Of a stretch of DNA of 39,370 nt, positions 15,201 through 24,492 are shown in pieces. The position numbers were made by a program, and so were the translations under genes. Below the pieces are notes generated by a model that saw only the letters and a list, made by a program, of their open reading frames with translations, was not told where the DNA came from and ran no database searches. How positions within the stretch are numbered: position 1 is the stretch's first letter; each line of letters starts with the position of its first letter. This DNA is from a virus, in IMG/VR virus record IMGVR_UViG_3300042284_000040; one strand, written 5' to 3'.

Positions 15201-18200
15201 AGCAAGACCGCCGGTCAACTCCGGCTTTGTCTCATCGGGGAAATACCCTTTCGACAGATAATGCACAGCACGGTATCCGCGCTCTGCGTTCAGGTCGGCC
15301 CTGATTTCAGACTCAAGCCTCTTGCGCTCCTCCCTGTACCATTGCGCGTTTCTGTCTTTAATCTGGCGCATCAGCTTTGCGAGCATGATTTCCCGCGCCT
15401 TCTCCCGCGCCTCAGAATGAGCACCGGAATAGATTGCAAACTCTTCATCCGTCATGCCTGCCTCTTCCGCAGACGTGTACAGCGGAGCATATTCGGCTAT
15501 GGCCTCCGCTTCCGCAATCTGTTCCTCAGTGGCAAGCATCCTGTCCATCAGCCCGCGCACGTCGTCCGACAATTCGACATTCAGGCGACGCATGGAACGG
15601 TACACACCCAAAAGCCAATTCTTGAACCGCTTGAACGCATTCCCAAGCTCAAGACTCGGAGCCTTACCCTCTCTGACATAGGTTTCAAAAGAGCGGGCAA
15701 ATACCTCCTGCCTGCCAACCCACACCCAAGAGGCATAGTAGGAATAGTCGTCCTCAGCCATGTTGAAGCCGTCAACACCTTCGCTGCTCAGCCTGTCAAA
15801 AGACTTTTGCGCCGCTTCAAGGTCGTATTTGTACCGCTCAGCGTTGACGCTATTCACGCGCGCAGCGTCTTCATACCGTTTCTTTGAACGTTCAAGCCCC
15901 TCTTTCGCTGCCTTCATTGCGTCGGCATAAACTTTATCGCGGTTCTTTTCCCAATGCGCTTCAAGAGCCTGCCATTCGTTCAGAACTCGGTCAGAAGCAC
16001 GAAACAGCTTAGACATCTTGCGGAAGTCGTTCAGGAAAATATGCGCTGTCTCATGCAGGAATGTCGATTTGTCTGCACGCTTAAACAACCGCACAAGCGT
16101 GCGCGTATTCTCAAACCGCACAAGCCCCCTGCTGGTGTCCTGTGTGGGTTGATAGAACGTGTTCAGAATTTCAATAGCGTTGTCATCGAATATGACGTAG
16201 TTGTACGAGCCTTCGCCCGCCGCGCGGCTGGTACCGTCAAGGTACTTGATGCCCTTGATGCCGATAGAGTTCAGGTACTCGGATGCGGCTTTGTCAGAGT
16301 GCCATTCTCCACCAGCTAGGGGGTTATTGCCTAATTGTTCCGCGAGTTCATGGTATACCTGTCTACCTGTCAGCTCCAGAGCACCTTCCAGCGTGCTGGC
16401 AATAGCCTGGACGTGGCCGGGAGTTAGAAGCAGATTGCCACCCTTAGCCTCTCTCGCTGACGAAACAGCAGTTTCCAACGCCTCCCGAACCTTCTCCGGC
16501 TGCTCGGACAGGGGCTTATCCCAATGGAGCAACACATCATCTTCGGGGATGTCGACTTCGTAGAGCTGGCCCTTTGGCTTTGTATTGTCTATAGCTACAT
16601 TTCGGTCGCGTATGCTTTCAAGAAAAGCAAAAGCAGGCGCATATTTGGACCGCAGCGAGGGAAGCGGGCCAGATAAGTCCTCCGCCCCCCGTATTTGTTC
16701 GTTAAGCCCGAAGATAGCGCCGTCTACACTGCCGGACGACACGTCGAGAGCTGTCAACACTTTCGCTTTCATCAAAGAAGACAAGGAAGACAATTCGGGC
16801 ATGGCGCCTATGGGCTTCCCATCTACCAGTATGCGGGCCTCCCTCGGGGGCATTGCTTTTCGTGTAAGCTCCTCCCTGTACCACTCTGCAACATCTTTCC
16901 GCCCAGCAAAGTACAATCCCCACCCGTAAGCCTGCGCGCCTTCGCCGGAGCCGATAGCGTCCAGAGTAAACTTGTCGAATTTATGCGGGGTTCCGTGAAA
17001 AGCGGACTGATACATTATGCGCGCGTCCGACGGGTCGAACGTGCCACGGTTGCCGGTGGCTGATTTGATTTGAGTGGGGTCGAACGCTACTACCCACGGC
17101 TTATCTTTTTTTGCGGAGTACTGCGGATTGAGTATGACGACACCATCGTGCCCCGCGGATTCTATCGCTTTCCGCATGTTGTTTTCAAAACGCCCTTCTG
17201 AAATGATAAAGCCCTCAGCGTCACGAACGTCTGGCGTCATTCCGGAGTTCTCGCGCATAAATGCTCTGAAATCCTCTTGGGTTTTAAAAAACATGGGGTT
17301 TTTAAGGCCAACATAGTACTTTCCGACATTCGGCCCGAAACGCTTAGCGTCCCTTTCCTTGGACGCAAAAAACGATCCGATATTCTCCCCAAGCGGATTA
17401 CGCGCCGACAAGTCCATAGACCTATCGGAAGTATCGAAGGCGTCGAACTCCGCCCCTGTCCCGTGGTATACCTCGAACACCTGCCTCCCGTCCGCCCACC
17501 GCTTGAAATACGGTGACTCAGTGCCCTGCTCCCGCCACAGCCGCGCGGCCTCTTCGACCTCAGCAGCGTTGTTCACGTCCGCGCCTGCGGTCTCGGCGGC
17601 CTGCTGCAATTCAAGCCCTTGCCCTTCCGTGCGTGCGCCTTCCATCAGTCCGGACACGGACATTGATTTGCCCGTTCTGTCATCCGTGACAACAAGGTTG
17701 TGCTCTTTCAACCACTCTTGCGGGGTCATTTCCAAGCCGGATTCAGTGTAATCACGCGCCGCAATAATGGCTCTGGCACCCCATATCGCCGCGTTTGCGT
17801 CCGCCTCTTCCTCGCTCATACCGACACCAAGAAGCGCGTTCTTAACGAAGTCGCGCACCTCGCGGCCCTGTTCTTCTTCTGCAATCAGCTTTTCAGCCTG
17901 CTGCTGTGCCTCATCAAACCCACCGGCGAAAAGCTCCGGCATATTGGCAATGAAATTTCTGGCCTCGCGCGGGGTCATGTCGTTGGGGTCAAAGCGGAAG
18001 TCTTCTTCAAGCGCAACACCGGCATCAGTTCCGGCTATGTGCGTCATAAACTCGGAAAGCGGGAAAGCAATGTCGCCGCCAACAGCAAGCGCGGCATCAA
18101 GCTGGGAAAGCGTGTCTGTCTGCTCAAGAAGGGAAATAAACGATTCTTCATCAGCAACGGCTTTTTGCAGTGCGTCAACAGGAATATACACCTCGCTGGG

Positions 18201-19598
18201 TGCAATGCCCATGTCTTCAATGGCCTGAGCATATGTCTTGAATATTCCTGTACTGCGCTCTCTCAGTTTGGACGCTGCAACGCCTTCATTAATCTGCTGA
18301 AAGAAATCCTTGTTGCGCTGGGCACGTTCTGCAAGTTTCTGCTCGCTGCGATACTTGCCGACATACGCCATGCTGCCACCTGCTGCAAATGCACCAACCA
18401 TAACATCAATGTTACGGCTTGCAATTGCTGCCTTCTCTGCGGCTTGTTCAAGGCTTTCGCCTTTTGCAATGCTTTCAATAAATGCGCCTGTAGGTTCTTC
18501 CGCCCACTCTGTGCCTGCTTCAACAGCACCCGTCACAGTGCTTTTTACAATACGCGAGGCAAGAGACTTCACCCTCTCTTTTCCGAGCCAGCGGTCTGCC
18601 CCGACCTTTTCAAGCGCGCCGACAACGCCGCCGAATCCAGTTGCAGCAACGTGAGCCGTCGGCCCGTCTACGCCATCGGCCAGCAGGTCATTGTAAAGCT
18701 GGCCTGCTTCCGCCATTGCTCCCATGCCAGCAGCGGCGAGCGAACCGCCGCCGGTTGCATATGCTGCACCGGCCATCGCAAGGACGTTTGCAACGCCCTG
18801 CGCAACATTGTCTGCAACCCATTCAGGATTGAGAAGCAGTTCAGGATTTTCGATAAGCTGGCCTTTAGCATCGTCCGAGAGTTCCAGAAGTTCGGACTCG
18901 ACAATGCCCTCTTGTATGCTGCGAGCGTTTGCCAGTGCCCAATCTCGCACGGCACCGAACGCGCCACCGCGCGGCAATCCGGTAATCTGCTCAAAGCCCA
19001 TTGCAGCGTCATCAAGCGCACCTGTAGCATAGGCTATTGCGTTATACGGCATGACACCGAGTATCGAAGCAGCGCCTTTTGTCGCGCCTTTCAATGTGCC
19101 TTTTGCAAGCCCCTTTGCGAGGTTCCCGACGCTGGGCACGTCAGCTTCCGAAATATCATCGGACAGCAGGCCACCGGCAAAAGAATCCTCAAGCATGGCA
19201 AGGTTGTCCACGTCGTCGCGGCTTGCAGCCATGCCTTCCGGCGTTTCAAGCACTCTCTGCAATGCCGGTCTCGTTTTGGCAACATCCTGCAACCGCTGCA
19301 ACTCGTCCTCTTCTGCGAATTGGTCACGGTTCCGCTGAACGAGGCCGGATTCAACGCCAAGTTTCTTTGCCAGTTCCAAGTCCTGCGCGGCCTGCTCAGG
19401 AGAAAGCCCGCGCGAGTTCCGATATGCTGCGCGAATCTTTTCTTCCGGCCCTTCCTGCTCAATAACAGGAATTGTATCCATAAGCGAAGAAGGCGAAAGC
19501 GGCGCGCCCATCACAGGAGCGCGTTCCACACTTTCGACATCTTCGGGCATATCATCAGTGCCGTAACCACCAAGAAGGCTTTTGGGAGAGAGAGGCAT
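12204..19598 (-). CDS. Giant internal virion / ejection protein in the T7 gp16 position (2464 aa), with embedded enzyme-like modules
   Basis: Uninterrupted 7.4-kb ORF between the gp15-like gene and the tail fibre. HGT-motif modules at aa ~695-845 and ~862-1146. HExxH at aa 1182-1186. Long charged coiled-coil region. Hydrophobic Gly/Ala-rich N-terminal and C-terminal segments. Confidence 0.7.
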   Translation of the reverse strand: MPLSPKSLLGGYGTDDMPEDVESVERAPVMGAPLSPSSLMDTIPVIEQEGPEEKIRAAYRNSRGLSPEQAAQDLELAKKLGVESGLVQRNRDQFAEEDELQRLQDVAKTRPALQRVLETPEGMAASRDDVDNLAMLEDSFAGGLLSDDISEADVPSVGNLAKGLAKGTLKGATKGAASILGVMPYNAIAYATGALDDAAMGFEQITGLPRGGAFGAVRDWALANARSIQEGIVESELLELSDDAKGQLIENPELLLNPEWVADNVAQGVANVLAMAGAAYATGGGSLAAAGMGAMAEAGQLYNDLLADGVDGPTAHVAATGFGGVVGALEKVGADRWLGKERVKSLASRIVKSTVTGAVEAGTEWAEEPTGAFIESIAKGESLEQAAEKAAIASRNIDVMVGAFAAGGSMAYVGKYRSEQKLAERAQRNKDFFQQINEGVAASKLRERSTGIFKTYAQAIEDMGIAPSEVYIPVDALQKAVADEESFISLLEQTDTLSQLDAALAVGGDIAFPLSEFMTHIAGTDAGVALEEDFRFDPNDMTPREARNFIANMPELFAGGFDEAQQQAEKLIAEEEQGREVRDFVKNALLGVGMSEEEADANAAIWGARAIIAARDYTESGLEMTPQEWLKEHNLVVTDDRTGKSMSVSGLMEGARTEGQGLELQQAAETAGADVNNAAEVEEAARLWREQGTESPYFKRWADGRQVFEVYHGTGAEFDAFDTSDRSMDLSARNPLGENIGSFFASKERDAKRFGPNVGKYYVGLKNPMFFKTQEDFRAFMRENSGMTPDVRDAEGFIISEGRFENNMRKAIESAGHDGVVILNPQYSAKKDKPWVVAFDPTQIKSATGNRGTFDPSDARIMYQSAFHGTPHKFDKFTLDAIGSGEGAQAYGWGLYFAGRKDVAEWYREELTRKAMPPREARILVDGKPIGAMPELSSLSSLMKAKVLTALDVSSGSVDGAIFGLNEQIRGAEDLSGPLPSLRSKYAPAFAFLESIRDRNVAIDNTKPKGQLYEVDIPEDDVLLHWDKPLSEQPEKVREALETAVSSAREAKGGNLLLTPGHVQAIASTLEGALELTGRQVYHELAEQLGNNPLAGGEWHSDKAASEYLNSIGIKGIKYLDGTSRAAGEGSYNYVIFDDNAIEILNTFYQPTQDTSRGLVRFENTRTLVRLFKRADKSTFLHETAHIFLNDFRKMSKLFRASDRVLNEWQALEAHWEKNRDKVYADAMKAAKEGLERSKKRYEDAARVNSVNAERYKYDLEAAQKSFDRLSSEGVDGFNMAEDDYSYYASWVWVGRQEVFARSFETYVREGKAPSLELGNAFKRFKNWLLGVYRSMRRLNVELSDDVRGLMDRMLATEEQIAEAEAIAEYAPLYTSAEEAGMTDEEFAIYSGAHSEAREKAREIMLAKLMRQIKDRNAQWYREERKRLESEIRADLNAERGYRAVHYLSKGYFPDETKPELTGGLAEASKGNMRISSDAIKEGWGAGTLADLYKAVPPIYSKKGVHPDVLATWLGYTSGDEMVQELSNLRPLKEVIAESVESRMQEFEDLLSDENVRATAEAVLRDDSRLELLAVEQDIAERKIASVFSEQNRRAARERVKFIREAARQTIGRMKVNDAIKPAAHQRAERKAAREAVEAAKRGDMQAVAAAKQRQLAAAALASESLKAKEEVERARKYLGKFNKPATRKAIAREHLDQIDQILERFDLRKSTTLTEIGRRESLANWLKAQREKGFEPAIPPLIEAEANRMSYKAMSLDALRSVRDSVKSIETVGRRLETVMTARKKRLFNETVAEMVVQVEQIYGDKLGPERISREAAKKGVGSIFKGIDASLTKVEFLCLALDGGKANGLWWDMIYRPIKEGVNNKNKRLFESRNEIYGPDIFGRYTKDELTRFKTQKFFIREINDSLTKEQILAVALNRGNSHNWKSLLTGEGWTEEQGNAVLSRLDERDWDVVEKIWSHVDSFWPDIVALYRRLNGTVPEKVEAEPFVINGRKLRGGYYPLVADRDLSVRAAQREDAKSVQEMFGGGGFVPTTRNGHTKERTNFGGQRVALSLDVLVRHIDQVTHDIYLREAVIDVDRLLQNGRIQDVLIRSVGREQYDQLRPWLAAVAGQKPYDYDDLQRVAKLLRKSATFAIMGLKATVFLSQYAGLLNAIPIMQNGLKAGKSKISARMFKHLMQLVKSPSGKLGKLIEEKSLEMRDRRHNFTQEMHDISSNFGFGRHIKKWEEAMMYFTALADYHVSGASWVAAYELALEEGKTEQQAVDFADSVVTMGQGSGKDKDISAMQRGNEYKRMWMMFFSYMNTNYNQIVSSFRTLRTGKRKGKFFGELAFYWLFPTIAAELLAGRGPDDDEDEEWLAWGAYTVMMHPTGMIPVVRDAVRIIEDDYGRPVSLVGRLGSSIKRAGTEYLDDDGDDAALFWATVEVGSYFVPFPSAQARITIGQAIEYMNDERESYNPLFYRKK

Positions 19599-19599
19599 A

Positions 19600-21336
19600 T
19601 TATCTGCGTCCTATGCTTTGCAGTTTCCATGCGAGGAAGGCGGCTTTCTTTGCGTCGCCCTTGTCCGCGTATTTCTTTTCCCACGCTGCGCGGTCTATAA
19701 CATCGGGGTCATTCCATGCGAGGTCAAAATCATCGGGAACACTGGACGGCAGCCAGAGCGGGGAACCGTTCGCAATGCTTGAAACAAGCTCCTGCTGCGT
19801 AAACTCGCCGTCGTATATGGCCTGCGCAAGCGTCGAGCCGTCACTGAAAAGACCAGCAATCGGAGACATGAACGACGGTTCGCGACCTTTCACCGCCATA
19901 GCATCCGCCGCCTTCTGGATATAGTCGGTATCCTGCGCGCGGTTAGTTTCGCGCACCTGATTGCGGACAGATTGAATCATTTTGAACTTGGTATCATCGT
20001 TCATTTTTTTCCATTTCTTCGGCCCGAAAGTAGCCTTGAACGCATTTTCGATTGCTGTTTCCGTAACCTTCTGCGATGTGGTCAAAAACTTCACAAGGTC
20101 GCCGTCAAGGTCATCACTCGCAACGCCAACCGCGCGCGGGTCTGACTTTATCTGTTCCGGCGTGTTAATTCTGCCGGAAAGAATATCGTCGCGTATCCCT
20201 ATGTAGTCGCCCGCCTTGGTCAACGGGTTCATGCCGTTTGACCTCTTCCACTCGTTGAGGCGGTTTTCAGCAAAGGTTGCAATGCGCCGGTCTTTTTCGG
20301 TCGCTCTCGGCATGCTGGCAACAAGCGTCTCGGCCTCTTGCAGGTTCGTTGATGCAAGGCTGTCAAGCTCGTCGCGCACAGTGATTGCTCCGCGCTGATA
20401 CTCTTCCTCGTCAATCTTCGCCTTGATTGTCCAAGCGTTTGAGTACGCAGAGCGGGCCGCCGCGCGCTTTACGGGGTCTTTTATTCCCGCAATATCCTGC
20501 CACGCCTCAGACGCAGGCTTGCCGGAATTGTACAGCTCTTCAGCAAAGGCGATGCCGCTTTCCTTGTTTGCCCTCTCGCGGGCATCATCCACCCGGGCAA
20601 GCATGTCATCGTAAGACGAGCCAAGCACCTTACGGTTGTCTGCAAGAAGCTTTTTCGCACCTTGGTAGTCATTGACGGCCAGCCGCTTGTTTATCTGCGT
20701 TTGCGCAATCTCATTATCAACTGCGGCAAGCTCCTTGGTATGGTCTATGCCGCCAAACACCGCGCTAAGCTCGTTGGCATACGCCTGCCGCTGCTTTGCC
20801 ACCTCTTCCGGATTGTCGTTCTCGGCAACAAACTGCATCAGACGCGCCCTGCTGCCATCAATAACGCTTTTCTGCCATGCTGCTTTCTGTTCTGCCGCAT
20901 ATCCAGAGGCGCGCCGGATACTGTTCATTGAATCGCGGACGGAAAGCTTTTGAAACATCAACGCCGCTGCGGGACTATCATTGAACCGTGCCGCTAGTTT
21001 GCTGGCTGTTTTCTCATGAAAAGCTGCAAAGTCCTGCGGCGCATTAAGCGCGGCCTGCCCCTTGTTCTTTTCAAAGTATTCCGACTCAAAAGCCTGCGTT
21101 TCTTTGAAAAGCTCGTTTTGTGCCTCAAGAACTGCCACAGCTTCAAGGCGTTCTTTCTCTTCCTTGGCCTGCTTTGCGTACACTCCGGCAACCTGAGTTG
21201 CGCCTTTTACAAGAGCATCGCCAATACCGGAGTTGAACACCTGCGCGACCGGAAGCCCGCCGGACTGCATGGCAGCAGGCACACCGCCGGAAACACCAGC
21301 AGAAAAGCCCTGCGGCTTATAAATCCTGATTGCCAT
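19600..21336 (-). CDS. Internal virion protein, gp15-position (578 aa)
   Basis: Position between the gp14-like and gp16-slot genes. Alpha-helical, charged composition. No enzymatic motif seen. Confidence 0.45.
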   Translation of the reverse strand: MAIRIYKPQGFSAGVSGGVPAAMQSGGLPVAQVFNSGIGDALVKGATQVAGVYAKQAKEEKERLEAVAVLEAQNELFKETQAFESEYFEKNKGQAALNAPQDFAAFHEKTASKLAARFNDSPAAALMFQKLSVRDSMNSIRRASGYAAEQKAAWQKSVIDGSRARLMQFVAENDNPEEVAKQRQAYANELSAVFGGIDHTKELAAVDNEIAQTQINKRLAVNDYQGAKKLLADNRKVLGSSYDDMLARVDDARERANKESGIAFAEELYNSGKPASEAWQDIAGIKDPVKRAAARSAYSNAWTIKAKIDEEEYQRGAITVRDELDSLASTNLQEAETLVASMPRATEKDRRIATFAENRLNEWKRSNGMNPLTKAGDYIGIRDDILSGRINTPEQIKSDPRAVGVASDDLDGDLVKFLTTSQKVTETAIENAFKATFGPKKWKKMNDDTKFKMIQSVRNQVRETNRAQDTDYIQKAADAMAVKGREPSFMSPIAGLFSDGSTLAQAIYDGEFTQQELVSSIANGSPLWLPSSVPDDFDLAWNDPDVIDRAAWEKKYADKGDAKKAAFLAWKLQSIGRR

Positions 21337-21339
21337 ATT

Positions 21340-21930
21340 TTACCCCGCAAAGTTTCCGGTGTACCAGTTTGTGCCAACCTTAGGCGAGGCAGCTTTGAAG
21401 CCGCCAAACGCGCCATAAACGCCAAGACCAGAGGATGCACCGGATATGCCCGCCGTCAGCAGCGAACCGCCGAAAGAACCGGCGTTGCTATCGTAGAAAT
21501 CGGCCTGAGACCTGAGAACGTTCGATTGCCATTCATGATAGTTAACCTTGCGCTGTGCCTGCCACCCGACAAGCTGTCGTTGCCTTCCAAGCTCCGCGTA
21601 ATCTGCGGCAAACAGGTCAGCATTTCCAGCAAGCGCGGCGAGCGGGCTTCCCGTCGTCAGGTCAACACCGGCAGCCGACAACTCTGCCCTGTTCTGTGCG
21701 GCCTGCATGTCATATTCACGGCGCAAAATCTCCTTCTGCTTGTCCACCTTCTGCTGTTCCAGTTGGCCCTCAATTTTCGTCTGTTCGGCCTCATACTGCT
21801 GGGCGAGCGCATTGTTTCGCGCAACATCCGCCTGATATTCCATTTGCGCGCGCTGGGCTTCGGCAGACATAAAGCCCTGTATTGCCGTTGCGCCGCCAAC
21901 AACTATAGCAGCGGAAAGAGCATCACACAT
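21340..21930 (-). CDS. Internal virion protein B, T7 gp14-like (196 aa)
   Basis: The N-terminus MCDALSAAIVVGGATAIQG...AEAQ resembles the T7 gp14 N-terminus (MCWAAAIPIAISGAQAISGQNAQA, from memory). Similar length, Gly-rich C-terminus, and position after the gp13-like gene. Confidence 0.55.
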   Translation of the reverse strand: MCDALSAAIVVGGATAIQGFMSAEAQRAQMEYQADVARNNALAQQYEAEQTKIEGQLEQQKVDKQKEILRREYDMQAAQNRAELSAAGVDLTTGSPLAALAGNADLFAADYAELGRQRQLVGWQAQRKVNYHEWQSNVLRSQADFYDSNAGSFGGSLLTAGISGASSGLGVYGAFGGFKAASPKVGTNWYTGNFAG

Positions 21931-22402
21931 GGTATCGACTCCTTGTCATATAGAACACGCAAAAAGCATGGTCATATGCTGGGCTTGTCTGAGGTCCTCC
22001 GACCTCAAACCCAAGCCGCTTGATATATCTGATATTCTCCGTACTCGTCGCCAACACAATATTGACCAAACAGGGGAAAACTTCTAGCCACTTTCGCACG
22101 AAGAAACGGCCCATGCGGAGCATAACTTTTCTGCGCCTGTTCAGCCCGTCTGTACCCATCATCCACGGTATCCCCATATCTGCATTGGCGGTCGGAGCGA
22201 GGCCAAAAATTGCCAGCGGCTCATCATCAAATGTCAGAACATCGCAGGTAACACCATGCCGCAGCCCGTAAAGAAGAACGTCCGCCGGTCGGTCATTTGG
22301 ACGCAACCCCCGCAATTCTGCAAGGTCGGTCTCTCTCAATCTCTCGGCAACGCAAAGAACATCCCCAACCGTTGCCGCTCTGACAATTAAACCGCTGCTC
22401 AT
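21923..22402 (-). CDS. gp13-like (DUF2833-like, GNAT-fold-like) virion assembly protein (159 aa)
   Basis: Pattern FGLAP...GIPWMMGT...NIVLATSTENIRYIKRLGFEV. Position directly after the nozzle gene (TAATG overlap). Confidence 0.45.
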   Translation of the reverse strand: MSSGLIVRAATVGDVLCVAERLRETDLAELRGLRPNDRPADVLLYGLRHGVTCDVLTFDDEPLAIFGLAPTANADMGIPWMMGTDGLNRRRKVMLRMGRFFVRKWLEVFPCLVNIVLATSTENIRYIKRLGFEVGGPQTSPAYDHAFCVFYMTRSRYHV

Positions 22403-24492
22403 TACGTTGTTTCCCCCACATCCGTGTCATACGTCACGGAGTGAATCGTTGCCGGTGTCGGGTCATCAACTTGCATGATGAATTTCCACTCATCCGTCCA
22501 GCCGGTAGCAATGACAATTTCCTTGTCGCCGGAACTGAACGGCAGCGCGGCGGGGTCTGTAGCGTCGCGCTGCACCACCTCTTCAAGAGATGCGTTGTCC
22601 GCACCGGCCCACAACCCCATAGAATTGAGAACACGAATATTGACGCTTTTCACGTTGTAGACGCGGGAAAGCGTCGTTCCATTCTGTGAAGTCAACTCAG
22701 GTCTTGTCGGTCTGAGCCTTGACTTAAATGAAAGACCGACGTGCACAACACTTGCAGGTTGGTCAAGTGTGATACTGCCACCAGACACAACACGCGGCGG
22801 CACGGCTGCACCGTCTGCAAGAATGACGACCTCGCGCCCTGAAAGGTGACCAAGGCCGGTTATCGTTGTTGTCGGCGCGCCATCGTACAGAATGCCGCAA
22901 TCCACAAAGTGCGCGGACCGCAGGTCGGTATCAAGGACGAAGAAGTCTGCCATCCGCTCAATATAGCGTTTCTCCACTCCGTCCACAGTCCGGCGCACAA
23001 CAAGCCATACCTCGTCTTTGTCTCCGTTCGGGATGCACGCGACGCGCTCCACAAAGCCGTCAGTTTCGTGCGTATGCCATCCTGCCACCTCATGCATGCG
23101 CATGTATGTGCAGGCCGCAAGCGTGCCATCATCCAGCACGCACCAAATAACGGAGTACGGTGCTTGCTGATATGTCCACGAGACAACTTTTTTCCCAAAG
23201 AAAATCGAGTTTGCGAAAATGGTCAGGTCAGGGGAAACAAAACCGTCTTCGCGGTAATCGTACAGGAACTCGTTAATTTGGCTGCCACCGCGTTGCAGGT
23301 AAAGCACACTCTGCCCGACGACAAGAGCAGGCAGCCCAGCCTCAGAGCCGCAACGTGTGTGAGTTTCAAACTTGGTATTAATAGGTGTCAGCGCGTCGCC
23401 CTCTGAGCCTGTAAGAATCACCTCTGAGCCTTCGGTTCCAATGCACAAGTCTTTTTTACTCTGACACCATGCAATGCGGTTCACACGCTGGGCGGCGAGG
23501 TTTATGTCAATCCCTTGGTCTGCCTGCGGCGGCGTTGCATATGACAAGTTGTCAAAGTCGCTCGACCACGAAAGCCATATGCCAAGCGGACGCTCAGCAG
23601 TGCTTGCCCAACCAAGCCTCTGCTGATGGAAGAAGACAAGGCGCGGATATTTACCGGCTGCATCAAACGGATTTTCAGCCTCAATCGGCGCATCGGCTAT
23701 GTCAGGGCCGATATTTCCGTCTCGGAACGTCGTGTCGCCGCCAACAGCCTTTCCAATGAAGCCAAAAACGCCGGTCTTCTCTTTGTATATGCGGTATTCA
23801 AGAGCGTCGGGCACGGCATTCCAAGACAGGTTTACATAGTCGTCCGTGTACCACTCGCCAACCGGACGACCGTTCGGAACCTCGATTGTAGCAGAGCCAA
23901 CGGATAATTCCCCATCCTGTGATACTGTTGCGACCTTGTACTTGACAGTGTATGTCCCCGCGCTGGAATTGGGATCCGGAACAAACGTCCCCGTCCCGCC
24001 TGTAGGCGGCTGGATGGTAGGCTCAAATGTCAAAACCTCAATCGTCCAGTTGTCATCGGCAAAGCGGCTTATCTTGCGCGGAGCCTGATTACCGCAAGCC
24101 ACAAAAACAACGTCAGCAGACTGCGCAAACGTGAGAAGCGGCACGTCTGCGGCTGTGTACGGCGTTGCAAGCTCATACGGGCTGCCACCACTCATAACAA
24201 GGCCGTCGCGCGTCCAGACCCGCATATAGCCTGCTCCGAACTCAAGAATGCGCGCCTCGTTCTGGGAGAAAATGAACTCTTCCAAAATTACGGGGTTTCC
24301 GGTGTTCGGCTGGTCTTTTGCCTCGCCCATGTAGTACGTCCCTGCACGTCTGGTTGCCGGTCCCTGAGGAAGCGCAACAAAATTCTTCATCACCAGACAG
24401 CCGGACTGATAACGCTGTTGCTCAGGACGTGAGAGCAGCAGCGGAGAAATTACGCCGCCGTTAAACGCATGAGACAGGAGAGCAACACCCAT
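22402..24492 (-). CDS. Tail nozzle protein (tail tubular protein B, T7 gp12-like; 696 aa)
   Basis: The N-terminus SHAFNGGVISPLLLSRPEQQRYQSGCLVMKNF...GPATRR parallels T7 gp12 (NLKGGISQQPDILRYPDQG...GLQKRP, from memory). Size and position after the adaptor fit. Confidence 0.6.
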   Translation of the reverse strand: MGVALLSHAFNGGVISPLLLSRPEQQRYQSGCLVMKNFVALPQGPATRRAGTYYMGEAKDQPNTGNPVILEEFIFSQNEARILEFGAGYMRVWTRDGLVMSGGSPYELATPYTAADVPLLTFAQSADVVFVACGNQAPRKISRFADDNWTIEVLTFEPTIQPPTGGTGTFVPDPNSSAGTYTVKYKVATVSQDGELSVGSATIEVPNGRPVGEWYTDDYVNLSWNAVPDALEYRIYKEKTGVFGFIGKAVGGDTTFRDGNIGPDIADAPIEAENPFDAAGKYPRLVFFHQQRLGWASTAERPLGIWLSWSSDFDNLSYATPPQADQGIDINLAAQRVNRIAWCQSKKDLCIGTEGSEVILTGSEGDALTPINTKFETHTRCGSEAGLPALVVGQSVLYLQRGGSQINEFLYDYREDGFVSPDLTIFANSIFFGKKVVSWTYQQAPYSVIWCVLDDGTLAACTYMRMHEVAGWHTHETDGFVERVACIPNGDKDEVWLVVRRTVDGVEKRYIERMADFFVLDTDLRSAHFVDCGILYDGAPTTTITGLGHLSGREVVILADGAAVPPRVVSGGSITLDQPASVVHVGLSFKSRLRPTRPELTSQNGTTLSRVYNVKSVNIRVLNSMGLWAGADNASLEEVVQRDATDPAALPFSSGDKEIVIATGWTDEWKFIMQVDDPTPATIHSVTYDTDVGETT

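Noticed and set aside
17700-19700. 666-aa plus-strand ORF (and other long antisense ORFs: 3617..4669 -, 5824..6891 -, 15027..15887 +, 21016..22023 +, 25396..26847 +, 30591..31520 +)
   Set aside because: All lie fully antisense to strongly supported genes. Their composition is shadow-ORF-like (rich in Cys, Arg, Ser or Leu), and they lack RBS and operon context.
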